Shown one piece after another: positions 21,419-31,111 of a stretch of DNA of 64,000 nucleotides. Positions within the stretch are counted from its first letter, which is position 1. Every line of letters begins with the position of its first letter. The DNA is from an uncultured delta proteobacterium (GTDB lineage: Bacteria; Desulfobacterota; Desulfuromonadia; Desulfuromonadales; JACZKF01), in contig CAWFKQ010000009.1 of the NCBI GenBank assembly GCA_963816395.1, positions 224,001 to 288,000 of the forward strand, in the 5' to 3' direction. The notes under the pieces are model-generated. The model was not told where the DNA came from, searched no databases, and worked only from the letters and a program-made list of their open reading frames with translations. The position numbers and the translations under genes were made by a program.

Positions 21419-23075
21419 ATGACCAACCATCTTCTTACCTGGATGACTTTTTTCCCGATGCTCGGGGTACTCGTCCTGCTGTTCATGCCCAGAGAAAACG
21501 GCGGGCTGCTCAAGGGTTTCACCCTGCTGGTGACCCTGATCACCTTCTTCATCAGCCTGCCCCTCGCCCTCGACGCGCGGTTCAAGAGCTCGGCTGACAT
21601 GCTGTACAGCGAGTTCTACCGGTGGATCAATATCGGCGACTTTTTCCAGATGAACTACCATGTCGGCGTCGACGGCATCAGTCTCTGGCTGGTAATGCTG
21701 ACCACCCTCATCATGCCGATTGCCATCTTGTCCACCTGGCACGCGGTCGACAAGAACATCAAGGGGTTCATGGCCCTGGCGCTGCTGCTCGAAACCGCCA
21801 TGCTCGGCGCCTTCGTCTCCCTTGATCTCTTCCTTTTCTATATCTTCTGGGAGCTGATGCTGATCCCCATGTATTTCATGATCGGCATCTGGGGGGGCAA
21901 AAACCGCATTTACGCGGCGGTCAAGTTCTTCATCTACACGGCCGTCGGTTCCCTGCTGATGCTGGTGGCGATCATCTACGTCTACTACTTCGCCGTCCAG
22001 TCCGGGGTCGACATGAACGGCTTCAATATCACTCAGTTCTACAAACTGAGCATCCCGGCGCACCTGCAGACCTGGCTTTTCCTCGCCTTCGCCTTCAGCT
22101 TCGCCATCAAGGTGCCGATGTTTCCCCTGCACACCTGGTTGCCGGATGCGCATACCGAGGCGCCGACCGCCGGTTCCGTCATCCTGGCCGCCATTCTGCT
22201 GAAGATGGGGACCTATGGCTATGTCCGCTTCGCCATGCCGCTGTTCCCCCAGGCGACGCACCAGTTCATCCCCTTCCTCTCCCTGCTGGCGGTGATCGGC
22301 ATCATCTACGGTTCACTGGTGGCGATGATGCAGAGCGACGTGAAGAAACTCGTCGCCTACTCCTCGGTCGCCCACCTCGGCTTCGTCATGCTGGGCGTCT
22401 TCGCGCTCAATCTCCAGGGGCTCTCCGGCGGGATGCTGCAGATGGTCAACCACGGTATTTCCACCGGCGCCCTGTTCCTTATCGTCGGCTTCATCTATGA
22501 GCGCCGGCATACCCGGGAAATCTCCGAATTCGGCGGGCTCGCCAAGCAGATGCCGGTGTTCGCCACCATCTTCATGATCATCACCTTCTCCTCCATCGGC
22601 CTGCCCGGCACCAACGGCTTCGTCGGCGAATTCCTCGCCCTCATGGGAGCTTTTGAGAGCGGCCTGCGCTGGTATGCCGTCGTTGCCACCAGCGGCGTCA
22701 TTTTCGCGGCGGTATACATGCTGTGGATGTTCCAGCGGGTGATGTTCGGCGAGCTCAAAAACCCGGCCAACCAGAAGCTCAAGGATCTGTCCGGCCGGGA
22801 AGTCGCGCTCATGCTCCCGCTGCTGGTGTTCGTCTTCTGGATCGGCCTCTATCCCAACGTCTTCTTCGAGAAGATGACGCCGGCCCTCAACCAGCTGATT
22901 CGTCCAGGTCAATGGGAAGCAGCAGGTGGCGATGGTCGACGCCGGCACCGCCGAGGCCGCCGTGGTGCCGGCAGGGCAGGGGGAGACCCCCGCTGCTCCG
23001 GTCGAAGGGGAGCTGCCGAACGGATTGCAGTTGCCTCCCGGGCATCCGCCGGTGTCTTTCGGGCACGGGCAATAG
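21419..23075 (+). CDS. nuoM: NADH-quinone oxidoreductase subunit M (probable frameshift near 22900; in-frame ORF ends at 23098)
   Basis: FWELMLIPMY, KVPMFPLHTWLPDAHTEAPTAGS, GLPGTNGFVGEF. Confidence 0.93.
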
Positions 23076-23135
23076 GATTGAACGAATACTCTGAATAGCA
23101 CATACGGTTAAAACCGCTTCCGGAGGAGCATTTCC

Positions 23136-24606
23136 ATGGAAAATCTGGCGCAAATCGCCATGCAGAACGTCAACTTGGGAGCGATCATGCCTTCCCTGGT
23201 CCTGGTCTGTTTCGGCATGGTCCTCCTGCTGGTCAATGTCTTTTCACCGCGGGGAAAAACAGCCCACGTCGCCTGGATCAGCATCATCGCCCTGGTGGTT
23301 ACCGCGGGTTTCGCTCTGGCCGGCTGGACCACGAACGGCACCCCGCAGATCGGCTTTGGCGACAGCGTCCGGCTGGATAATTTCGCCACTTTCTTCAGTC
23401 TGATCTTTCTGCTTGCCGCCGGGCTCACCATCCTGATGTCCGACGAATACCTCAAGCGCGAGGATTACGCGGTCGGCGAATACTACCCGCTGATCCTGTT
23501 TACCACCGCCGGTGCCATGTGGATGGCGTCGGGTACCGACCTGATGACCATTTTCCTCGGCCTGGAGGTTCTCTCCATCTCTCTTTACGTGCTGGCGGGC
23601 TTTTTCCGTCGCCAGACGCGGTCGAATGAGGCGGGGCTGAAGTATTTCCTTCTGGGCGCGTTTTCCACCGGCTTCCTGCTCTATGGCATTGCTCTTCTCT
23701 ATGGCGTGACCGGCACCACCAAGGTGGCTCTGATCGGCCAGTTCCTGAGTGCACAATCCGGCTCAGTTGGTCAACCCGATGACCTTGGCCGGGATGGGAC
23801 TGCTGAGCATCGGCTTCCTGTTCAAGATCGCCGCCGCCCCCTTCCACATGTGGACTCCCGATGTTTATCACGGCGCGCCGACGCCCATCACGGCCTTCAT
23901 GAGTGCCGGGCCCAAGGCCGCCGCCTTCGCCGCTTTCCTGCGGGTCTTCGTGATCGCCCTCGGCGGGCTGCAGGACCAGTGGACGACTGTCCTCTGGGTG
24001 CTGGCGGTGCTGACTATGGTTGTCGGCAACGTGATCGCCATCTATCAGACCAACCTCAAGCGAATGCTCGCTTATTCCTCCATCGCCCACGCCGGCTATG
24101 CTCTGGTGGGGATGGTGGCGGCGAATGAGATCGGCATTTCCGGCATTCTCTTCTACATGCTCGCCTATACCTTTATGAATCTCGGCGCTTTCGCCGTACT
24201 GGTGCTGGCGGGCAAAAAGGGAGAGGAGAACCTGACCCTCGAGGGCTTCTCCGGTTTCGGCTACAAGCGGCCGTTCCTCGGCGTGGCCATGACCATCTTC
24301 CTGCTCTCCTTGATGGGCATCCCGCCTACGGCCGGCTTTGCCGGGAAATTCTATATCTTCGCCGGGGCCATCAAGGCAGGTTACGTCTGGCTGGCGGTAA
24401 TCGGAGTGCTGAACTCCGCCGTCTCCCTCTATTACTATCTGCGGGTGATGGTCTATATGTACTTCCGCGAACCGGCCGAGGATTACGGCTGGGTGAAAAT
24501 GCATGCCGGCGCAGTGATCTCCATCGTCGCTGCCATCATCGGCGTCTTCTACCTCGGGATTATTCCCGGCTCGGTCATCGAAATCGCCAAGCGGTCCCTC
24601 TTTTAA
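23136..24606 (+). CDS. nuoN: NADH-quinone oxidoreductase subunit N (frameshift near 23750)
   Basis: [38 protein letters not shown]. Confidence 0.93.
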
Positions 24607-24630
24607 CCCGTCCCGATATCTCGTTTTTCG

Positions 24631-24663
24631 GGCCCCGGCAGCCACTGCTGCCGGGGCCTTTTT
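24631..24663 (+). terminator. Intrinsic terminator of the nuo operon
   Basis: GGCCCCGGCAGC-CACT-GCTGCCGGGGCC followed by TTTTT. Confidence 0.85.
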
Positions 24664-24697
24664 GCTCCAGTCCAGAGTCGCCAGGAAGTTCCAGAGC

Positions 24698-25725
24698 TTA
24701 ACGCCCGGAAGGAAGATGGCTGCCCCGGACACTTCACGGCGGTCAGGGGGTTGGCCCTCCTCATCCAAGTGTAATTGCGGGTCCTCCTCCCGCATAATGC
24801 CTTTTAGCTTTTCCAGGCTTTTGGCTTCAATCTGCCTGATTCGCTCCCGCGTGACTCCGAACTGCTTGCCGATGGTGTCGAGGGTCTGCGTGGAGCGGTC
24901 ATTCAAGCCGAAGCGCAGGGCAAGAATCTCCTGCTCGTTCTCGCTCAAGCTCTCCATCCATTCGTGGATCAGGGCGAAACTCTGCCGATCCTCCAGATGC
25001 GACAAGGGGTCAACGGTCGTCGAATCCTCGAGGGTATCGATGAGTGTGTATTCGCTGTCTTCCCCCAGCGGATGTTCTATCGACCAGGTTTTCCTGACCA
25101 GAACCCTGAGCTGGCTGATATAGGTGGTTTCCACGCCCATTCTTTCCGCAATTTCGCTCGCCTGTGGCTCGCGTTGGACTTCTCGCTGTATTTCGCGGGT
25201 GATCTTGAGCATCTTATTCACATCATCGGCGATATGCACCGGCAGGCGGATGGTCCGACTCTGGTTGACCAGCGCCCGCTCGATTGCCTGCCGGATCCAC
25301 CAGGTGGCGTAGGTCGAGAAGCGAAATCCCTTCTTTACCTCAAACTTGTCGACGGCCTTGATCAGCCCCATGTTCCCTTCCTCGATCAGGTCGAGAAAAG
25401 GCAGGCCGCGATTCATGTAACGTTTGGCGATTTTGACGACCAGGCGCAGATTGCATTCAATCATCAGCTCCCTGGCGTCCTGGTCCCCCTCTTTGATCCG
25501 CTCCCCCAGCTCCCGTTCCTCCTCGGCGCTCAGGAGTTTCGTCTTCTTCAATTCCTTAAGATAAATTTTGATGGCATCTTCGAAGTGGGAATCATCGTCG
25601 GTTTCCGATTCGTCCTCCCCCCCTTGGTCCCCCTCCTCGGTGGCCTCTATGCCCTCGCCATTCTCTCGTCCAAGAGTCTCATCCTGCCGCAATATTTCAT
25701 TTTCGATTTCCCGCATATCGTTCAT
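24698..25725 (-). CDS. RpoS-like group 2 sigma-70 factor; true stop uncertain (probable frameshift in the tail)
   Basis: [72 protein letters not shown]; no region 1.1. Confidence 0.82.
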
Positions 25726-25974
25726 AAGGTTCCTTTCGTCCGCACCGGCCGTAACTTAGCTACGGTTTCAAAGTGTAAAGGAAGTGGAGGACGATGCAAG
25801 GGCTCAACGCGGAACCCTCACCGAGTCACTTGCCCTTTTGAATACTCGGTTTGGGTAGGTTGCGCCGGTCCCGGCGGCGTCCTGACCGGCGCCGCCCGCA
25901 GCGCCCAGGAGGCGCAGGAGGAGGCGGAGGCGGCGAGACGCCGACAGGAGATCGAGTGCAGACAGCGAGAAAAA

Positions 25975-26270
25975 GAGCAGGGAGAAGCAGATGGCCGAAG
26001 CGCAGATCGCCGCCTTCGCCAACCTGGAAAAATGGGCGGGGGGGATTTCAACATCCGTTAGATGGATCTGCAGATGCCGGAAATGAACGGACAGGAAGCG
26101 GCTCAGGCGATCCGCCGGAAGGAAGCAAGCGCACCTGCGTTATCGGCCTGACCGCCGATGCCCGCCGCGAGATAGAGGACGAATGCCTGGCCTCGGGCAT
26201 GGATTCCGTGCTGATGAAGCCGGTTATGGTGAACGATCTTTTTCTGGCGATAGAGGCCTGCCTGTCCTGA
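25975..26270 (+). pseudogene. Broken receiver (REC) domain remnant of a hybrid sensor kinase
   Basis: Fragments MDLQMPEMNGQEAAQAIR and VIGLTADARREIEDECLASGMDSVLMKPV in different frames; no intact start or N-terminus. Confidence 0.6.
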
Positions 26271-26342
26271 TGAGATCCCCCAGCCTCTCTGCCGGACGGT
26301 GATCACTGCGGGCCCCTTGCGGCCGGCTGCGGCCGCGCAGAA

Positions 26343-26672
26343 TCAGGAAACGCCTGTAGCGCCCGGTCCTTTAACGAACATCAACGCCAGCCGACTTCCC
26401 GCGTCGGCCCTGATCCCGTGCCGCGCCCCAGCCGGAACGAAAATCATGCTGCCCGCCGAGACCCGCACCTCTTGCTCGTCAACCTGGATGGTTCCTCCCC
26501 CCTCAATGACATAAAATATTTCGTCCTGGCGAGGATGAAGATGGGCAACCGTTGCCTGCCCCGGTTCATAACAAACAAGCTCAGCAATCAGGTTTTCCGA
26601 GCCAATCAATTTTTTCCTCGTCTGTTTGATGGAAGAAAACTCCAGGTGTTCTCGGATATCCAAATGCTCCAC
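26343..26672 (-). CDS. Cupin_2 domain protein
   Basis: HLHPRQDEIFYVIEG and GSMIFVPAGARHG cupin motifs; GGAGG RBS before GTG. Confidence 0.85.
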   Translation of the reverse strand: MEHLDIREHLEFSSIKQTRKKLIGSENLIAELVCYEPGQATVAHLHPRQDEIFYVIEGGGTIQVDEQEVRVSAGSMIFVPAGARHGIRADAGSRLALMFVKGPGATGVS

Positions 26673-26845
26673 TTTCAGCCTCCGTTCGATATGGTTTGAC
26701 GTATCATGGTACCGGCCAGGTTTCCATTCTCGACTATTCAAACGGTTAATGGAATGTTTTTTCTTTGACCTGAGACAATATGCCACAGGCCCGAGAAAAA
26801 TTGAAATGGTGTTGTAGGTAAGCAGGTGGCGAGCGGAAAAAAATA

Positions 26846-26875
26846 GGGAACCTTTTGGCTCCCTGAGGCATCTAA
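26846..26875 (+). promoter_or_regulatory. ECF-type autoregulatory promoter
   Basis: GGGAAC-16 bp-GCATCTAA ending 32 bp upstream of the ECF sigma start. Confidence 0.65.
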
Positions 26876-26907
26876 GAGGTGAAACGGAAAAAAAGGGAGT
26901 CCGGAAA

Positions 26908-27606
26908 ATGGCCATGGACAATGTTTCCAATCCTATCCAGGAGGTCCTTGCGGATCGGCAGGTGGTGGACCGGGTACTCCAGGGCGATGCCGCGAGCTTC
27001 GAGTTGATCATGCGCCGCCACAACCGGCGACTCTATCGCATCGCCAGGGGCATTCTACGCAACGAGGCCGAAGCCGAAGACGTGGTACAGGAGGCCTATG
27101 TGCGGGCTTTCGAGAAGCTGGAAGATTACCGCGGCCAACGCCCGCTGTCCGCCTGGCTGGCAAAAATCGCCGTAAACGAGGCCTTGGGACGGCTGCGCCG
27201 GGCTGGTACGGCGAAAACCATTTCACTGGATGACCCTGAGCGAACAGAGGAGGCGAACTTCATGGCCGAACTGACCTTCGCCGGGCCCAACCCGGAACAG
27301 AGCGCTGCACGGGAGGAGTTCCGTCGGTTTCTGGAAACAGCCATCGATGCCCTTCCGGAAGCCTACCGAGTGGTTTTCATTCTGCGAGGCGTGGAGGAGA
27401 TGTCCATAGATGAAACCGCCGCCTGCCTGGAGCTGGAAGCGGGTACGGTCAAGACCCGCTTCCACCGGGCGCGGAAAATGCTGCAGCAGCACCTTGCCGG
27501 CATGGTGGAGGTTACCGCCGGCGAGACCTTCCCCTTTGCCGGGGAGCGTTGCGACCGGATCGTCGCCGGAGTCTTCCGGCGGCTCGGAATCGACGGCCGG
27601 CAATAA
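26908..27606 (+). CDS. ECF sigma-70 factor with C-terminal FPFAGERCDRIV extension (ECF29-like)
   Basis: AEDVVQEAYVRAF region 2; EETAA-type helix and GTVKTRFHRAR region 4; no adjacent anti-sigma. Confidence 0.88.
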   Translation: MAMDNVSNPIQEVLADRQVVDRVLQGDAASFELIMRRHNRRLYRIARGILRNEAEAEDVVQEAYVRAFEKLEDYRGQRPLSAWLAKIAVNEALGRLRRAGTAKTISLDDPERTEEANFMAELTFAGPNPEQSAAREEFRRFLETAIDALPEAYRVVFILRGVEEMSIDETAACLELEAGTVKTRFHRARKMLQQHLAGMVEVTAGETFPFAGERCDRIVAGVFRRLGIDGRQ

Positions 27607-27654
27607 GAGAAGAAGGGCTGGCTGCGGGAAAAACCGAAGAAAGGAGAATACACC

Positions 27655-28055
27655 TTGAAAAGAATGATTACGTTAGGAGCGATGATGCTGGTCCTTGCCG
27701 CACCGGCTTTTGCGGCCGATTCCAAGGCGCCACCGGATGCCTCTTACAAAAAGGTCAGCTCCCTGGTTGCCCTGCCGGATTTTATTCCCGGAATGGGAAC
27801 GCTCTACGTCAAACCCGCACCCTGCCGATCGGCCGGTTTCTCGCCTATGACCGGGACGGAACGCTGGTTGCCACCATCTACATGGTGCCGCTCGAAGAGA
27901 TGCAGAACCACAAAAACTTTACCGGCCTGGCGGTGGGCAGCGACCGGGTGGAACAGGTCGACCTGACCTACAACCCCGGCCATGCCGGCGTGGAGACTCC
28001 CCATTACCATGTGACCGTCTGGCATGTTAAACCTGAGCCGGCGAAGCTGAAATAG
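27655..28055 (+). CDS. Exported His-motif protein (DUF5602/TTHB210-like; frameshift near 27820)
   Basis: Signal peptide ending APAFA; IPGMG and NPGHAGVETPHYHVTVWH. Confidence 0.7.
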
Positions 28056-28174
28056 CCACCGCCTGCCGAAGGTCAGTGCTCCAGGACGGCGGCCTTGGCC
28101 GGCCTGGAGCTCGGGCGATGGGGCTGGGGCCCCTAAGCGATCGTCCCTCCCCATGGCTAGCGACCCGGGCGGAA

Positions 28175-28244
28175 AATGAAAATTAATGTCAATATTGTCT
28201 TGACCTCTTTGAAGGGTTCCATTAAGGTGACAACAATTTTCAAT
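28175..28244 (+). promoter_or_regulatory. sigma70 promoter flanked by two deltaproteobacterial Fur-like boxes
   Basis: AATGAAAATTAATGTCAAT (28175-28193), TTGACC-17-TAAGGT (28200-28228), GGTGACAACAATTTTCAAT (28226-28244). Confidence 0.6.
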
Positions 28245-28293
28245 TTCACCAAATGCCGAATGCCCGGTTAAAAGCACAATGAAGGAGATTTAC

Positions 28294-28617
28294 ATGCGCA
28301 GAGAGAAGTGGATTGCGGCCATGGCGGCAGGGGTTTTCGGAATGGCGCTGGTTGCCGGAACCGGCAATGTTTTCGCTCACGAAGGACATGAGCATGCAAC
28401 AGGGAACGTCCAGGCTGCGGAAAAGGGGGCGACTTGCCCGGTCAGCGGCGAGAAGATCGGCAAGAAAACGGATTTTACCTACGAGTACCAAGGCAAGGTC
28501 TATTCTCTCTGTTGCGCCGATTGCATCAGGGAATTCAAGAAAGACCCGGAAAAGTATAGCGGGAAGGATGCGGCGCCTCCGGCAGAGGAAGCGATGCATC
28601 CAGCAGGTCACCAGTAA
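28294..28617 (+). CDS. Exported YHS/TRASH-domain metal-binding protein
   Basis: Signal peptide, mature N-terminus HEGHEH, CPVSG...YQGKVYSLCCADCIREFKKDPEKY. Confidence 0.85.
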   Translation: MRREKWIAAMAAGVFGMALVAGTGNVFAHEGHEHATGNVQAAEKGATCPVSGEKIGKKTDFTYEYQGKVYSLCCADCIREFKKDPEKYSGKDAAPPAEEAMHPAGHQ

Positions 28618-28768
28618 TTCCGGCCGTTCACGTCCGGGGGTCTTGGTTAACGTCCAAGGCTCCTGACGGAAAAAACAGCCGAACCCAGGCAGGGTGGTCG
28701 CCAGCCCGCAGGGCATCTTTCCGCGCTTATGGTGAAAATGAACATCAAAACCATTGAAGGAGGATTTC

Positions 28769-29080
28769 GTGTGTCTCGCGGTAATCGGCGGCATGGACCG
28801 TCTGGAAAGACACTACCGGCGCGAAGCCTTTTTGGCCGGCATCGAGCTGCGGGTCTTCAACCGCTCTGAGCCGGATATCGGGGCCAAGCTGAAGCACGTG
28901 GACGCCGTGGTGATCTTCACCAACAAGGTTTCGCACCGGGTCAAGAAGGAAGCGCTCAAAGCGGCAAAAGCCCGAACTGTCCCGGTGCTTCTACAGCACT
29001 CCTGCGGGATCTGCACCCTGCGGGAATGCCTGAAGTGCCTTATGCCCGAGCATTGTCCCAATCGCCAGGCGGCGCGGTAA
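28769..29080 (+). CDS. DUF2325 family protein
   Basis: VIGGMDRLERHY, DAVVIFTNKVSH, HSCGICTLREC; AGGAGG RBS before GTG. Confidence 0.75.
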   Translation: MCLAVIGGMDRLERHYRREAFLAGIELRVFNRSEPDIGAKLKHVDAVVIFTNKVSHRVKKEALKAAKARTVPVLLQHSCGICTLRECLKCLMPEHCPNRQAAR

Positions 29081-29138
29081 GCTTCTCCGCCGCCTGTTCA
29101 GAGCATTCACTTTTAACGTGTACAGGAGGAAATCGTTC

Positions 29139-30071
29139 ATGATGCAGTCTCACCATCTTACCCACCTCGCCCGTCGTTTTTCCGCCTTTTCCCGGCTGGC
29201 GGCGCTTCTCCTGGCCGCCGCGGCCGCCGGCGCCAGCAGCCTGGAGGCTTCTCCCGCCGCCGACACGCATTACGGGCCGTTCGGCCTGCTCGACCATCGC
29301 AGCCGCTACGGGCAGTTCTGGTTTCCGGAGCCTTTGCGGGTGGAAGAGACGGATGTCGACAATGAAGTGCGCGTCGACTGGGTCCACCAGGAGGGGAACG
29401 GGCAGGTGAGTGACGAGGCCGCGGTCGAGCTGGAGAAGGCTTTCGGGGTGACCACCTTCGAGCTGGAAATCCCGTACGAGAGGGAGTCCGAAGCCACTAC
29501 CGATCCCCTCACCGGAGAGAGGGAGCACGAGCGGACCCAAGGCGCCGGCAGCATCGAATTCAGCGTGCGCCGGCCGATCTACCAGTTCGTCTCTCGCAAC
29601 GGCTTCTTCGACAACACCGTCGGTGCCGCGCTGGAGGTCGCCATCCCAACCAATTCACCCGTCAGCAGGGATACCGAAGGAGTGGTCAAGATATTCGATG
29701 CCTTGCGACTGGGTGAGCATGTCAGTCTGCAGACCATCGGGGGTTATTCCTTCCTGATAGGACCGGACGAAGGCGGCAATCGGACCTTCGAATACGGCCT
29801 GGCCGCCGGCTACAGCCTCACCCGCAAGGAGCTCGCACTGCCTCATGTCGAGCAGATCATTCCGCTCCTGGAGCTGACGGGCGAGACCGCTCTGAATGGG
29901 GAAGAGGCCGGAGAAAACGAACTCTCCGGGACCCTTGGCGTGCGCGTCAACCTCGATCCCATCGGCCCGCTGCAGCCTCGGCTCGGTGTCGGCTACGTCT
30001 TCCCCGTCGACCAGCGGGCACGCGACGAATTCGATTGGGGACTGGTCACCAGCCTGGTCTTCGAGTATTGA
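29139..30071 (+). CDS. Predicted outer-membrane beta-barrel protein
   Basis: Signal peptide, alternating amphipathic strands, aromatic C-terminus (LVTSLVFEY); AGGAGG RBS. Confidence 0.6.
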   Translation: MMQSHHLTHLARRFSAFSRLAALLLAAAAAGASSLEASPAADTHYGPFGLLDHRSRYGQFWFPEPLRVEETDVDNEVRVDWVHQEGNGQVSDEAAVELEKAFGVTTFELEIPYERESEATTDPLTGEREHERTQGAGSIEFSVRRPIYQFVSRNGFFDNTVGAALEVAIPTNSPVSRDTEGVVKIFDALRLGEHVSLQTIGGYSFLIGPDEGGNRTFEYGLAAGYSLTRKELALPHVEQIIPLLELTGETALNGEEAGENELSGTLGVRVNLDPIGPLQPRLGVGYVFPVDQRARDEFDWGLVTSLVFEY

Positions 30072-30114
30072 AAGTTACCGCATCCGTCTACAACCCTTTG
30101 CCGAGGAGTTATCG

Positions 30115-30532
30115 ATGACAGTGAACCGACGGCAATTCGTGATCCTGGGTGCCGGCCTGCTGGCGGGCTGCGCCATGGGGGGGGCCGGCGCCGGCAACCG
30201 GCAGTCGTCGTCTGCCGCCGGAGAAAGAACCGTCGATGCCGGTCCGGCCGACGCATTCCGGGAGGAAGGGGTGTACGACGGCTTCCGCGCATCAGGGATT
30301 TTTCCTGATCCGCCGGGGCGGCCGGCTGACCGCCCTCGCCAGCACCTGCACACACCGCAACTGCATCCTGAACGTCGCCTCGGATCATTCTTTCATCTGC
30401 CCCTGCCACGGTTCGACCTTCGATCCCGAAGGCGCCGTGACCAGGGGGCCGGCGCGGCGCAGCCTGCCGCTGCTGCCGACCCGGATCGATGACCGGGGAC
30501 GGGTACTCGTTCAGGTCACTCCCGGCCCTTGA
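30115..30532 (+). CDS. Tat-exported Rieske [2Fe-2S] lipoprotein (frameshift near 30300)
   Basis: NRRQF twin-arginine, LAGC lipobox, CTHRNC and CPCHGS boxes, GPARRSL. Confidence 0.82.
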
Positions 30533-30644
30533 GGGAAACGACGTACGAGAACACGGATTAATTCGGCGGAGACATAACTGAAGTGCAATCGGGAGTTACC
30601 ATTCTATAATGATATCAGAAAACCAGAATCGGAGGGATGAGAGA

Positions 30645-31031
30645 ATGTGGAAGTATCTCTTGTATCGGAGGCTGGGCTTGCTGTTGATGGTTGTCGGTTG
30701 CTCCGGACCGCAGAAAGTGGTGACGGTTTCGCCGGGAGTTGGCGAGAAGGTCATCCAGATGAAAGCGAGCAGTTTTGATTTCGATCCGGATGTCATCCAT
30801 GCACGGCAGGGGGATCGGCTGGTACTGGCCATCGAGAACGTGGCCGGTATTGAACACAATTTCACCTTGAAAAATCCCGCCGGAGAGGTCCTGGTCGAGA
30901 AAGACCTGCCGGAGAACGAGATCGTGCGGATCGAGGTGCCGCTGCTCCAGGCGGGAGAGTATCCCTTCTACTGCCATAAACCCTTGCATACGACGTTCGG
31001 GATGAAGGGCCGCATCGTGGTGGAACCGTAA
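30645..31031 (+). CDS. Cupredoxin (type 1 copper) lipoprotein
   Basis: VVGC lipobox; HNF...YPFYCHKPLHTTFGMKG supplies His/Cys/His/Met ligands. Confidence 0.85.
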   Translation: MWKYLLYRRLGLLLMVVGCSGPQKVVTVSPGVGEKVIQMKASSFDFDPDVIHARQGDRLVLAIENVAGIEHNFTLKNPAGEVLVEKDLPENEIVRIEVPLLQAGEYPFYCHKPLHTTFGMKGRIVVEP

Positions 31032-31111
31032 GAGTCTTTCCGACCCAGAATCGAAACCGCCGGGCTCTCCCGCAGTGTCGTCGCCGGAGCCCGGAGTTTC
31101 TGCGAGGAAAA

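Noticed and set aside
19472..22261. Long antisense ORFs (929 aa here; also 32400-34175, 13408-15351, 60366-62291)
   Set aside because: Shadow frames of GC-rich genes on the opposite strand, with no recognisable motifs.
23500..25725. 741 aa sigma-factor fusion from the ORF track
   Set aside because: The C-terminal part crosses the nuo terminator and is antisense to nuoN; best explained by a lost stop.
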